A stretch of DNA of 64,000 bases from Octopus vulgaris (GCA_951406725.2 OX597826.1:7006001-7070000); one strand, 5' to 3'; shown: positions 39,314 to 53,132, numbered from the stretch's first letter. Program-made: numbers and translations. The notes: a model not told the origin generated them from the sequence alone.

Positions 39314-40384
39314 TGTGTGTGTATAGGGTACTTTCAATTTCCTTCCACTGGGGTGTTATAGCAGACGACATTTGCCCAAGGTGCCACGCTTGGGGATTGA
39401 AACCAGAACCATGCTTCTTACCAGACATTACGCCTGCACCTCGCCAATTTTTCAACTTTTGTTTTTTTCCCCCGTATTCTTCCCTCCAATTAATTATATC
39501 TTACTTTTAATTGATTTCTTAAATTTTTGTAGCATTTTTGTTTTGTTTTGTTATTTACTTAGCTTTTTCCACAACACTCTCTGTTTCACTCTCTTCGTCT
39601 CATTCTATGTTTCTCTCTTACCGATGAAAGGCTAGACTCCCATAACATAAAACGATCCATTTTAAACTCTCAAGCTTTTAACTAAACATTTACCATGTTT
39701 TGTTCTTTCTCTCTTGCTATTCTACTTTGGTTTTTAGCATAACATTATGCGTGTGTAGAGGTTGTGTATGCGCGTGTGCATATACGTCTGTTTGTGTGTG
39801 TTTTTCCCCCATTCAGATTTATGAGATAGCGCTTCTGTTGTTTTTATTGTTGTATTTGTCATTAAAATTGAGCTTCAAAAATATTTGAATTCTTACAAAG
39901 ACACACTTGTAGTTTCCTGTTATAGAATTCACTAATGCACTGATCACTATCTAACTCTCTCCAAATTACACTGATCAATTAAAAGTTCTCGATGGTCGTG
40001 TAAATTTCCTTTGTCAGGAAAAATAGACAGTTGCAATTAGGAAACATTAGACACGTTGGACATTTTCTTTAAGTTCGGTCGTAATCTTTCTGGTTTGAAA
40101 GAATTGTAATATCTCTTTCTTGTTTACGCCAATAAAAATTCGGTAAAATATGAGATATATTTGTTACGATTTCCCCCCAGGTTCGAACTTATCAGGCTGA
40201 CCGATAAAGCTTTGAATATCCAGCCTCAAGTATCCAACATTTTTTTTTATTGCAAGAGTACAATATCTGTGTCTTCAATTTTCAGACTATATAGTGGAGT
40301 TTGAGCAGCGCTGGATCAATCATTAAGCCAAATAAGCACGTGTTTACAGCATCAAGAGAAAAGGAGGTGGGGCACAGAAATATT

Positions 40385-40670
40385 TATTTCTTTAATGCCC
40401 ACAGGGGGCTAAACACAGAAGAGAAAAAAAGGACAGTCAAAGAGATCAAGTAGATTACGTCGACCCCAGTGCGTAACTGGTACTTAATTTATCATCTCCG
40501 AAAGAATAAAAGCAAAGTCAACCTCGGTGGAATTTGAACTCAGAACGTAGCGACAGACGAAATACCTATTCCTTTACTACCCACAAGGGGCTAAACACAG
40601 AGAAGACAAACAAGGACAGGCAAAAGGATTAAGTCGATTATATCGACCCCAGTGCGTAACTGGTACTTAT
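40385..40670 (-). mobile_element. Tandem partial SINE family C units
   Basis: Two consecutive CCCACA(A/G)GGGGCTAAACACAGA...CGACCCCAGTGCGTAACTGGTACTTA units. Confidence 0.8.
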
Positions 40671-40699
40671 TTCCTTTAATCGTCATTCACTTTTAACCG

Positions 40700-41730
40700 C
40701 CTCTGATGTGATGATATACAAAAGCATTTGCATGTTTCCAGTAATCCCTTGTATCAGTACAAATCCGTTTTATCCTCAAAAATTGGGATTTCGGATTTGA
40801 CCGAATAAGATGATGTGATGATCGGAACAGCGGGGGAGAAGAATGTGGGATGACATGGGCTTGCAAAATAACTCTGTCACTATTCTGCCCCCAGAAAACT
40901 TGACTTTTGTGTCCAAAAATTCAACGCTAGTTTTTGAAAAAACTAGACGAAAATTTTATGTTGGACTTAAAGTCATAGTTTCTGGCATAACAGTCACGGA
41001 AATGCAAGAAGTCCATTAAACTATGATGTGATCCTTCCCAGACAAAAAAAAAACGTCGTCAGTGAACCGTAACCAGAGAATTGGTTCATGACCATAAAGG
41101 GATTTGAATGTCTTCAGTAACTATGTTTTGAATTTCGTCATGAAGACATTAGCGAAATTAACTGCCATGGCGCAACCCTTCGTCTGGTGGTAAAATCTTC
41201 GTCTAAACTTCATTGTATTACTTTCTAACACAAACCTCAATAATCTACAGAGAAAATTTGATGGAATACTTTTGTTTGACCGCTTTTCGAAGGCATTCAT
41301 GAATGCTTCTACCCTTTCATTGTCGTCAATATTTAGGATATAAGGAAGAAACTTCCATGGTTACCAAAAAACAGTTCTCGATACGGCTTCGGTGCTTAAA
41401 AAAGTTGTTGATTTTAGATACAAAATCAAAGGTATCCCGTGTATGGGAACTTGATCATTTTGAAACGGGGGTATAGAAAGCCATAAAATACAGGTGTTCT
41501 TTCTGACCATAAAATCTTAGATTCAGCCTTATTAACGAAATTGTTTTCCTCCATTTCCAGAATTATTATGTCAAGTTCCTCTCTCTAATTGGGGTGTGGA
41601 TCAACAGGTAATTCTTCATATGACGTTTTGTCATTTAGAACTTCTTCACAAGCCGATATATACACACTTTTGTCCATAATTATGATAGCGCCTCCCTTAT
41701 CCGCCACCTTAATGACAATATGCGGGCATT
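40700..41730 (-). pseudogene. Penelope-like element reverse transcriptase remnant
   Basis: Minus-strand motifs ADKGGAIIIMD, VTMEVSSLYP, FYHQTKGCAMAVNFANVFM, WLRFTDDV, EFLD and CHP in the expected order; frameshifted. Confidence 0.88.
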
Positions 41731-41930
41731 AAAGAAAGCCTTAAAAGAAGTGGAAAGAAGTCCTGGAATAACCTCACAAATTCCCAACGATACGCACTCC
41801 GGGCTCTAACTAATAACGATTGTACTTTACGTTTAAATAACGTTCATACTTTACGTTTCAATTTCTATAATTTTGAATTTTTATCACTTCTTATTTTGAA
41901 CTTGACAAAGACAGACGTACTGTTGAAATA

Positions 41931-42088
41931 AAGTAAGGGGTTAAAAAATTTCATAGTATTAGCGTAAGGGTGCCTGTTCATACCTACACGTGCGTGCGCC
42001 TAAAAGTATACATTCATCGACCCTCACTTAAAAATGTACACATCCCCACTCTCGCACGAATACTATGAACTTTTTTACCCCCTTACTT
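41931..42088. mobile_element. MITE-like element with ~40-bp imperfect TIRs
   Basis: AAGTAAGGGGTTAAAAAATTTCATAGTATT versus AATACTATGAACTTTTTTACCCCCTTACTT. Confidence 0.75.
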
Positions 42089-42189
42089 AGCGGTCATTCG
42101 AATAGCTCTTTTGTTTTAATAACGGTCAATCGCACAGTAATTTCCCTTTAAATAACGGGCATATTTCATAGCAATTTTTCCGATGGGCG

Positions 42190-42250
42190 GATAACTGAAG
42201 AGATGGCGACGTGGATTTCTACCTCGGCATCCCAAACTCGGAGTTTTATC
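42190..42250 (+). ncRNA. Degenerate hammerhead motif (G12 mutated)
   Basis: GATAA-CTGAAGA-GATGGCGACGTGGA TT TCTACCTCGGCATCC-CAAA-CTC G GAG-TT-TTATC. Confidence 0.55.
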
Positions 42251-42272
42251 TTGGCTACCGAATAATTGTCAC

Positions 42273-42417
<145 letters not shown>

Positions 42418-42427
42418 GTATATATAT

Positions 42428-42866
42428 ATATATATGAAAAAACAAGTCAAAAATAGAAAATGCTAAGATAATTTTATAGTGAATCTTTCAGTACCGGTTT
42501 CGGTCATTTTGAGACCTTTTCAACTGTAACGATTAAATAATTAAATTTAGAAAAATTAGAAGAAAAGTTTTTTTAAAGGAATATTTCTTTAGTAGTGTTC
42601 AGATATGAGTGGCATTCTGCCTTTCTCTGACAAGGGAGTCAGAGAAAGGCAGAATGCCACTCATATCTGAACACTACTAAAGAAATATTCCTTTAAAAAA
42701 ACTTTTCTTCTAATTTTTCTAAATTTAATTATTTAATCGTTACAGTTGAAAAGGTCTCAAAATGACCGAAACCGGTACTGAAAGATTCACTATAAAATTA
42801 TCTTAGCATTTTCTATTTTTGACTTGTTTTTTCATATATATCAACTCGTGTGTTCCTTTCCACCCT
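42428..42866. mobile_element. Foldback element with 204-bp arms, 6-nt loop and unpaired ~25-nt tail, in (TA)n; PLE-like inverted pseudo-LTR
   Basis: 42428-42631 is the reverse complement of 42638-42841 with no mismatch seen by eye. Confidence 0.9.
42743..42780 (+). ncRNA. Minimal hammerhead motif with compensatory U3:A8 core (mirror copy at 42489-42526, minus)
   Basis: CAG-TTGAAAA-GGTC TCAAAAT GACC-GAAA-CCGG-TA-CTG. Confidence 0.72.
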
Positions 42867-42867
42867 T

Positions 42868-42909
<42 letters not shown>

Positions 42910-43174
42910 AGAGGGAGAGAGATAGAGAGAGTGAGTGAGAGACAGACAGACAGACTGACAGAGAAGAGAGGGAGAATTTAAAGTTAAACTGGAGGATTAC
43001 TCAACATCATATTGTTGAATATATATTTACAAATTTTCGTAATGTATGTTTTGGCTGAGATTTGAAATTTTTTCTTGGCGGCTGTCATATATTTAGATTA
43101 ATATTCATAGGTATTGGAGCAGGCTGAAACTTCGAAATCACTGCCAACCATTTCCTCATGAGAAAAATTACACA

Positions 43175-43217
<43 letters not shown>

Positions 43218-44075
43218 ACACACACTCATACATACAAAGCACACATATACATAAACAAAAAAATGAATAACTAAGAGCGAAGCAATGAGGTTAGTCGAAA
43301 AGAAATAGAGGTTAAATGATTTGTGTTATCATATTCAATCCGTTTCTATGACAGATGGCTCCGATTCCAAATTCATTTCATATCTCACAGTAACAAACAA
43401 TACGAATACAACTAAAAAAAATACATTATATTTTTATATTTTGGTTTTGTCTTGATTTTAATATACTTGGTGCTCTATCATTATAAAATCCAATTTTTTT
43501 TAATTATAGAAAAAAAAATTATAAAAAATTACAATCGTGACGCAATTTATATTGAAATGCTTATTGAATAAGATACGAGCTCTACCCAATACAAATCTAT
43601 TATTATTAAAATGCGAATCATCATAAAAGAACGAAAGGTTGATTAAACAAACTAAGCATGTATTATTAGTGGTTTTCCTTCATGCAATCGCCCCTGTTTT
43701 TCCTTTCCTTGCAGTTGAAGACGAGCATGTTTTGTTGTTTTTTTTCCGTTTTCCTTTTCAGGAGTAGAGGTAATTAATTTCAATGATAAGTAAAATATGG
43801 AGATTAAAATATAGTAAAGAAAAAAAACTATACAGATATGGTCTATTTTGTGCATGTAAGGATTGCTTTCCATATATCAAGGTTGTTCTATATTGACACA
43901 TCTCCACTAAAAGTGGGTGGACAATTCATGTGTGTATATGTGTGTGGGGGTTTGTGAATGTGACACATACAGACACACATGCACACACACACATATGTAT
44001 ACATATATATTTGTATACATATATATATATGTATAAATACACATATGTATACATATATATATATAAATGTATATG

Positions 44076-44120
<45 letters not shown>

Positions 44121-44284
44121 TCGAAAGTCCGACGAACATCTAATTAAATGGTATGTAAGCATATAACAATTTTTTTCCCTTTTGTTATAATTTATAAATA
44201 CTAATCTTACTATCTTTGTTATGAATATCTTTTGATACATATATATAAGAATGCGTCTGTTTATATATATATATCACCGTCATC

Positions 44285-44585
44285 ACCGTGACCGCCCAGG
44301 CTATCAGATGTTGATACACATCGCTGGTCACAATGCGATTCGCATTGTTTTAGCCTTCAAATGACGCCACCCCGCTGGCTAAGCGATCAGGCGAACAGAA
44401 GAAAGAGTGAGAGAAAGTTGCGGCGAAAGAGTACAGCAGGGTTCACCACCACCCCTTGCCGGAGCCTCGTGGAGCATTAGGTGTTTTCGCTCAATAAACA
44501 CTCACAACGCCCTGTCTGGGCATCGAAACCGCGATCCTACGACCGCGAATCCGCTGCCCTAACCACTGGGCCATTGCGCCTCCAC
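44285..44585 (-). mobile_element. SINE family A
   Basis: Reverse complement of 11821-12110. Confidence 0.87.
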
Positions 44586-44639
44586 ACACACACACATACA
44601 CACGCACACAGACACACACACACATAAATATATATATAC

Positions 44640-44815
44640 TACGAGCTTCCAAACAGTTTCCGCCTAGCAAATTCTCTGAGAAGGCGTTGCTCGGCCACGG
44701 ACCGTAGTAATATAAAAAAAGAAAAATCTCCTGCAAGATACCACCCCGTGTGACTGAACCAAGAAACTCGCGATTGCAAATCAAGTTTCTTAACCACACA
44801 GCCATTCCTGCACCT
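44640..44815 (-). mobile_element. Degraded SINE family B head
   Basis: Reverse complement reads ATGGCTGTGTGGTTAAGAAACTTG...GGTTCAGTC. Confidence 0.65.
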
Positions 44816-44869
44816 TTACTATCTAGAACCCATTTTCATTTTCGTAAACTTCTAGTTTACCTACAAATA

Positions 44870-44896
<27 letters not shown>

Positions 44897-44903
<7 letters not shown>

Positions 44904-45450
44904 TAAAAAAATGGAGTTAACGCAGGTGTAATCAAATATTTTTACTTTCTACACATGTTTCGAAAATTCCACTGATACTATTCAAAAGAATAAATGGTAT
45001 AACCAATGCAATCTTCTCCTCAGGAAAGTGAAAAAAACGAAACTCGTCAATAAGACATTTTAGCAAAAAATGATGGATTTGTATAGCGATAGACAGAACA
45101 ATATTAATAGCGACTGTCTATCGCTATACAAATCCATCGTTTTTTGCTAAAATGTCTTATTGACGAGTTTCGTTTATTTCACTTTCCTGAGGAGAAGATT
45201 GCATTGTTTATACCATTTATTCTTTTGAATAGTATCAGTGGAATTTTCGAAACATGTGTAGAAAGTAAAAATATTTGATTACACCTGCGTTAACTCCATT
45301 TTTTTATTCATATTATTCAAAATATTCAACGTAAACACGAAGTTTCTACCTTTATAAACAAAGAGTTACAACACCTTTACTTGTGAGATTTTTGCTGCCC
45401 TGGTAACTATATATTTATTTTCCGTGTTAATTGTTAACAAGGTAAAATAC
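44897..45450. mobile_element. Foldback element with 200-bp arms (about 3 mismatches), 17-nt loop and ~135-nt unpaired tail, in (TA)n
   Basis: 44897-45096 is the reverse complement of 45114-45313. Confidence 0.9.
45181..45266 (+). ncRNA. Type I hammerhead motif with canonical core and long stem II (mirror copy at 44944-45029, minus)
   Basis: ACTTTC-CTGAGGA-GAAGATT...AATTTTC-GAAAC-ATGT-GT-A-GAAAGT. Confidence 0.8.
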
Positions 45451-45454
45451 ACTC

Positions 45455-45494
<40 letters not shown>

Positions 45495-45818
45495 ATTTAT
45501 TTTACTTTCATGATGCATTACATCTTCTTGAGAATGCCATAATTCAGAATTGCATTGTTGAATAACTGCAGCTTTGTCAGGTTAAAGTGACATTTTACCG
45601 TTAACTCTAAATGTAAACTCTTCACAAGGAATTATGTCAAGTTCCTATTAATATTTCAGTTGTTGTTAGCATTGACGTGGTTAAGTTACCAAAACATTGG
45701 AAAACCTAACTAAATCCTTTAAAGTAATAGATTTGTCTTTCAGGTTCTTTCTTTCTACCCTGCCTTCATGTGGTATCGATAGAACATTTACGTGTCAGAC
45801 ACTAACGTACCGTGTGCA

Positions 45819-45855
<37 letters not shown>

Positions 45856-45866
45856 ATCTCTTTCTT

Positions 45867-45898
<32 letters not shown>

Positions 45899-45991
45899 TC
45901 TCTCTGTATATATATATATATATATATATAAAACTTAGAAAGGTTTTGGCCAGTGTTGCCCCGACCATGTCTAACTTAATATATATGTATG

Positions 45992-46031
<40 letters not shown>

Positions 46032-46119
46032 TATAATATAGATTCATCTCTCTGTTTCAATTCTACCTCTATTTTTTCTTAGAAATATGTGGCACTGAGT
46101 TACAGCAAAATATCATTAT

Positions 46120-46965
46120 CGGAGGAGAGCTCTTAGGAACTTTACAATTACATTACCCGCGGTGTTTCTTCCGGGTCTTCACGTTCTGAGTTCAAATTTC
46201 ACCGATGTCCCTCAGTATCTAAGAAAATAAATACCAGTTGTGCACTGGAGTCGATGTAATAGAATGCTACATTGAACGCGGTGAGCTGATAGAAGCGTTA
46301 GCATGCCGGGCAAATTTCTTAAGGGTATTTCGTCTGCCGCTACGTTCTGAGTTCAAACCCGCCGCGGTTGACTTTGCCTTTAATCCATTCGGGGTCGATA
46401 AATTAAGTACTAGTTACACACTGGGGTTGATATAATCGACTTAATTAGTTTGTTTGTACTTGTTTGTCCTCTGTGTTTAACCCCCTGTAGGTAGTGAACA
46501 AATAGGTATTTCGTCTGCCCTTACGTTCTGAGTTCAAATTCCGCCGCGGTCGACTTTGCCTTTCATCCCTTCGGGGTCGATAAATTAAGTACTAGTTACG
46601 CACTGGGGTCGATGTAATCGACTTAATCCCTTTATCTGTCCTTGTTTGTCTCCTCTATGTTTAGTCCCTTGTGAGCAATAAAGAAATATGAATGCTACAG
46701 TCCACCCACCCCCACACACCAACTTTCTGACCTTGTGTAAAAAAAAACTGGAAGCCACTACTGATATTGTTGTGATTCGACGACGAACTGGAAGAATTGT
46801 TAGGACGCCAGGAAAGATGCTTACCGGTATTTTGACCGTCTCCACGTTCTGAGTTCAAATTCCGCCGAGGTCGATTTTGCCTTTTATTAAGTACCAGTTG
46901 TGTACTACGGTCAATGTAATCGACTATCTCCTTTCCCCAAATTTCAGGCCTTGTGCCTATAGTAG
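46120..46965 (+). mobile_element. Cluster of about four tandem SINE family C units
   Basis: ACGTTCTGAGTTCAAA recurs near 46181, 46343, 46523 and 46844. Confidence 0.85.
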
Positions 46966-46967
46966 AA

Positions 46968-47172
<205 letters not shown>

Positions 47173-47770
47173 TTTACTTTTAATCTGCATGTCTTTTACA
47201 ATCACTCGTCGAGAAACCGGTGTCCCTGCGCGAGTGAATGATAAGAGGTGTTACAGTATGACTGAAAGCTTGGGAAGGAGAAGTGGCATGGGCGGTAGCG
47301 AAATATATTCATGTAACACAACATCTAGATTTAAATTGATAGGTGTTTTCTAAGGTTGGGAGCAGAACTTGTCAGCCCAATCTTTTGGATTTCTCTGAGA
47401 CATGCTTCTCCTGGGATATTATCTAGATGTTTCTGACATCCACTTCTTATCATACCTAGGGCATCCAAAAGATGCCACATCTTTTGTATTTCAATTTCAG
47501 GTCTTTATATTTACTTAATTTTTCAAATTCCCTTACAGATATACTTTTATCAATTACATCTATTAGTCTACACGTACTTTTTTCTCAGTCTTTAATGACT
47601 ATGTCTGGTCAGTTAGCCTGGAGCGTTTTTCAGTTTCGACTGGAAAATCCCAGAGGATAGGGACATTTGTACCTTCAACGACTGGCTCAGTAAGTAGGCG
47701 TACTGATTTTGTAGTGTTTTACATATTTTATAATGTAAATACTGTCCTACCCTATCGTGGCGATTTTTAT
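47173..47770 (-). pseudogene. R4/Dong-clade LINE 3' end (RLE domain and UTR)
   Basis: RHDRVGQYLH, PDIVIKD, TCRLIDV, EKLSKYKDL, IQKMWHL, ALGMIR; ends at a trinucleotide microsatellite. Confidence 0.85.
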
Positions 47771-49403
47771 ATTCGTTTGGTGTCGGCTTAAGACATCCCG
47801 AGAAGTGATGGTCTATTGTTCAATCAAATGTGTCGTAGAATATGCATTTTGAGTCAGAACCGTTTTGAAGAAAGTTAGCCTGGTAGTTTTTGGTAAGCAA
47901 ACTTTAATCTTGTGCTGCCAATATCAAACCATCAGTCTCTGCATTCATTCTTGATCTTCTCAGCCACTGATGGGTTTTTGCTTGGTCTACATCAGCATTT
48001 CGGCTTCGAAGTATACACTGTCCATGCAGAGGCTTCTGGTTCCACCACTCCACAATTTGTTCCTGCCTGTTTTTTTTGTTTTGTTTTGTTTTTCATGAAG
48101 ACCGTTGTGTTTTTACGTAAGGTAATTTTCTTTACCTGTCTCCAGTTCACTTGCTGGCAGAAACATTGTATTTAAATCATACGAGAAAAATGTATTATCA
48201 ACTTCTACAGCCATAACATTAAGGAGTCATTGATACAAGCATAAATATTCAGGGTTAAAAGAGGAACTTGTCTATCAGTTTTCTGTTATATACTATCTTT
48301 ACCCTTCATCCTTTAATACCAGTGGTCATTGAGTACAGGGAATGGAGTTTACTCCATTGCAATCTTTCGGGAAAACTTTGTGCGCTGAATGATAAATAGA
48401 TATCATTATACGCTTCTTTCTATAATATATTCCCCTCGGCTGCAAGTCTATAAATATCAATGAGGTATTTACACACAAGTTCGTCAGGCGATTGTAATTA
48501 GTGTTATTCATGCTTAATATCAGAAACAATTATTATTATTAAATCATTCTTTAGCATCGACTGTGAGAATCGAGGGAAACTATAAGCAAAACCATTTTCT
48601 TTGTAGCCATCTTGTTTAGGTGATCAAATATCCCCGAGTGACTACGTAATGTGATCCTTAACGCTTCAGGGCTTCAGGGCTTTTCTTCCTGCTTGGACTT
48701 GAAAGTTTTAAAGTGAGCGGCAGTCTGCACAATTCATTTCCATCCCCCTTTTTTTTAGCCTTGGAGCCCTGAACACAGTGGCTCGGCAGATTAAGACAGG
48801 TATGATCACCAGCAAGCTGTAGGCTTTAAATTGGAGAGGTCTTCCTCCTAGGTGCATTACCAAACAGGGTTGGAAAGATGCACCAACCCCGGAGTTGCCG
48901 GGAGAATGCGAAAGAGGACAACGGATTTCTTGAGGAACAGCAATCATTAAAATAACGTGTACTTTATTGGCGAGTATTACAGAAAATACTTTGTTGAAAA
49001 CCATTTCTGTATTGAGTTCATATCAAAGCAAAGATGAGTTTTCTTTTCTTCCGTTACCCCCTGGGACCATAATATAAATGACAAGTCAAGAGCAGGAATC
49101 GAGCTATAATACATTATAGATATGATTGGAATTATGACCGTAAGAGATATTTTATTTTCGACCGAAAATTATTAACGTTACTAATATAGCGACAAAGATT
49201 CACAAAATAAACTGCTGCATCGATTCATTTACATTTACTAATTATAGAGATAACAATATGCCTTGATTGAACGAGTTGTGTGCCTGCTGACCTTTCAGCT
49301 TATATTAATGGGATAATCTATTTTCAATCCAACAAGTTACAGAAGAAAAGTTGATCCTTATAATTTCCTTCCTTTCAATTTCCATCAGCATTAATATTGT
49401 TGT

Positions 49404-49450
<47 letters not shown>

Positions 49451-49644
49451 CATCGTTTTTGTTGCTGTTATTGTTTCGCCAAAGGTCTTTACAGTGTATA
49501 GCGTGATGTGGTTTCGTAAAGATAATTCGTTTGCTTAATTCTTAAAGAATAAGAGAATACTCGATATTTCCAAAAGTCATAGCAATTCCTTATCGTTGCA
49601 ATAAATTGATGATTTCGTATTAATAATGACTATTTTTACTTTCC

Positions 49645-49690
<46 letters not shown>

Positions 49691-50134
49691 CACTGCTGAT
49701 ACTATCCATAACGAGTGAGCAACAGCAGACACTGAAAATCGCCTACAGTGATACAGCGCGAATAGCAACAGAAAAATAAAGAGCAAAACTAAATGAAGTC
49801 TGAACAAAAGAAAGCAGCGCTAACATAATGTTAGGAAGACGTCAATGATAGTATTGGGTCAAAAGCAGTAATTAAGGAGATTAAATTCTCCCCAATGTGA
49901 GCTCCCATTCAAACACAAAACTGAACATGAATCTCATTCCTAAAATTTTCTCTTTCCATTTTCTCATCTGTATTTCATTATTCTCGTACTTCGTTGACTT
50001 TATTTTCTAGTCAGCACTGGTTTTTCTCATTTGTCTTTTGTTCTTTCCTTTTTTGCTTAAATTCCTATGCAAAGGACGGAGCAGGTTGATATCTCTTTGG
50101 ATGCTCGGTAAATTAAACCTAGAGTGTGGTCTGC

Positions 50135-50375
50135 CATGAGCAGGCATGACTCATAAATCCGGAGATTAATCTGATTTCCATGGCTAATACATAATTGAGA
50201 TTAAAAAACTCCACCCTGGATGGGACTCTAAACCGTCGAAGGGTTAGCTTCCCAGCTATTGCTATAACGCATTTACAGCTAATTTGACTTAATTCACTGC
50301 TTGGTCCAGGAGTTCAAACAACGACCTTACGATTGTAGGCGAAATACTCTCACCACTGGGCCACACGCCTTCTCA
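50135..50375 (-). mobile_element. Degraded tRNA-derived SINE
   Basis: Reverse complement head AGGCGTGTGGCCCAGTGGTGAGAG; 3' end like 3905-4000. Confidence 0.65.
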
Positions 50376-52284
50376 CGGTAAATTAAACCGTGCGAGATTT
50401 AGTTAGATTCGTCTATTTACGAATTTTTAGCTAATGTCACACTTTTGGAATATTCTACTGGTTCATATCTTTCTCAATAGTTTCAATAGAATCATTAATG
50501 ATAGCAGTCTCACTAATCTAAATCGATCTGCGAACGCTATGGTTACTGCTCCTTCCTCCAGACCCAGCAACTAAAGAAAGATTATATAATTATATGGTTG
50601 TAGTTTGTGGTAATCTTTAGATTTATGACCTAGGATTTGATACTCTTTTATTACTGTTATTTGGGTTCAAAATCCTTTCGGTACGTAACCTTCAGTAAAG
50701 AAAGGTTCTGTTCTCAAGACGCGAAAACGACACCTGTTCTCTACACGGTCCCCAAAACACATTGGATGACATAATGCTAGCTATGCAATGGTAGAAATCT
50801 TTTGATTAGAGATTTGCCAAGTCAAAGCTGATGCTGGTGAACATTTTCGACTGATGTGAATCGGCATTGGCATGGAATTATGTCTTCTAATCCCATACGA
50901 AAGCAGCTGTATAAGATTTCTACGTAGGCGGCATATAACACAGGATAGAGTAGAAAATGCTATCCCTGAAAACAGAGAAGAATGGTCGAGAATGGAGAGA
51001 ACCTAAATAGAAGAAATTAATATTGGAAACGTGTTGGACTTATCAATGTTCGCCATTGATATTTTCTGAAGAGGGTAGGGTTTTTGATTGATAGTTGCGA
51101 GCCATCAGTATCCACTCTTATACAGATAACATTAACCAACATTCAGCCTTAACTCTTCCAAAACATGCATCCTCCACGTTCAACCGAGATGACCAGAAAT
51201 GGCCTGAACTCTTTGCATTAATACCCTCCCTGTACATAACTCCATGTCGCCCCTACATGGCCTTGCTTTTTGCTTTTTGGGCCAAAACATTAACTTAACT
51301 TAGCTTAACAAGAGCGTCTAAATGCTAATTCCACTTCATTAAACTCTTCACGTTACTTACTTTTCAGTGTAGAATTCAATCCAACTTAATTTTATGTATG
51401 TGTCCTTAAACGTTTTCTCTCCAATCGCTCCCACATTATAATTTTGGCATGACTAACAGCAGACAAATACCACATTATCCCCTGCACTGGCATAATACTA
51501 GAATCAAATAATGATACTTCGAAATTTCATGGTGTTTAAGTTACTAATTTGAGACACTGCTGAATCAAATTCTGAATAATTTAAATTCTTGCATACTTAA
51601 TACTTAAGGTCAGAAACAAGCAAATTATTATAAATATGAAACAGCATAACGCAATATTTGAACTTCAAAGCTTTGATCTCTAAATATCCTTCGATTCTTG
51701 TCTATATAAGATGTTTCTAAATTCGCTGTTTAAGTCGCGTACGAAAGGTTTACAATTGTTATAATTTAGTATTTATAAATTTAAAATTTTGAATAGATAT
51801 GAGACCAAATGTTTGCATAAGAGGAACTTAGCATTAACTAGGAATAATTTTATCAAGACCTAAAGGACGAATAATAATGCTGACCCCGTTGGGATTTCAA
51901 ACTGCCAGACTTTTAATGTTTGCAAAGAATTTAATGTGATTTTCTCTTATCTTCAACTTCAACGTAATATATAAACTATATTAAGAATAAACGTCCATAA
52001 TGTATTCAAAATAACGCATTCATGCATTCATATAAATTTATAGATAATAACATAGAGAATAAGTGTAATCATATACACTATATTTACATCATACTGAAAC
52101 TAAGATGAAACACGACAGGAACATTAAATCAATAGCTGCAGGATAATGTGTTGATTACATTCATAAATTTAATATTTTCAGTTAAGTATTCGTGTCGTTT
52201 ATGTATCATTATCTGTCGTATATGTTGTGATATATGTTTGAATGCATATTTATATGTTTAAGATAAATTTATGCCTTGCAGTAA

Positions 52285-52326
52285 GAGAAACCTGATGAAA
52301 TTCTTTCGGTTCGAAACAAGCAGTCT
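52285..52326 (+). ncRNA. Degenerate hammerhead-like motif
   Basis: GAGAAAC-CTGATGA-AATTCTTTCGGTTC-GAAACAAGCA-GTCTC; stems imperfect. Confidence 0.4.
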
Positions 52327-52986
52327 CCATCCGTAATATGTCTCTGTAGACAGTGTGGTGTTATAATATCACAAATCTCTATAGTAACAGTAAATGTATA
52401 TTCAATGTATATTCATTTAACTAAATTAATTAGTTCTTTTGTTGTATGATGACTTGCGTAATGAATTATGCTGATTAGTTTTCAGGCCATACCAGAGGTT
52501 TTATTTTACAACTTGAGTTTGTGTCAGTTTACGCTATCATCAATAAAATATTAACCTCTCTGTACGAAACGGCTTTGTTGCCAGACTATATTTGCCAAGA
52601 ATTTGATGACATAACTACAAACCACTCTACATCAAAAGTAAATATCCATTAATCTTATAAACTATACTTTCGCTCATTAGCCTGATTAGAAACATGAACA
52701 TCGAATCTAGTTTACAGTACGTAATTCATATGTCATAGTTCTATGACTATGTAGGTATGGACTCAACAAATATGACGTGTTAATTTGTAAATATGTTCGG
52801 TAAATTCGGAGTCATCGTTGCTCTTAAATCTGACATCTGTGAACATTTCCACAAGACATGAAATCAAAATGAGCAGTAAGATTTAGTACATTTTATATTT
52901 CTGAAAGTAATTACCATATCTGTTAATATGGTGTTAAACAATAACGCTATCATTTATTATCATATATAAATACACATACACACACA

Positions 52987-53024
<38 letters not shown>

Positions 53025-53034
53025 CATACACACA

Positions 53035-53063
53035 TACAGACAGACAGACAGACAGACAGATAT

Positions 53064-53106
<43 letters not shown>

Positions 53107-53132
53107 TACAAATAGATATATAGATAGATAGG

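Noticed and set aside
50850-51520. Possible LINE RT remnant
   Set aside because: No diagnostic motif could be read with confidence
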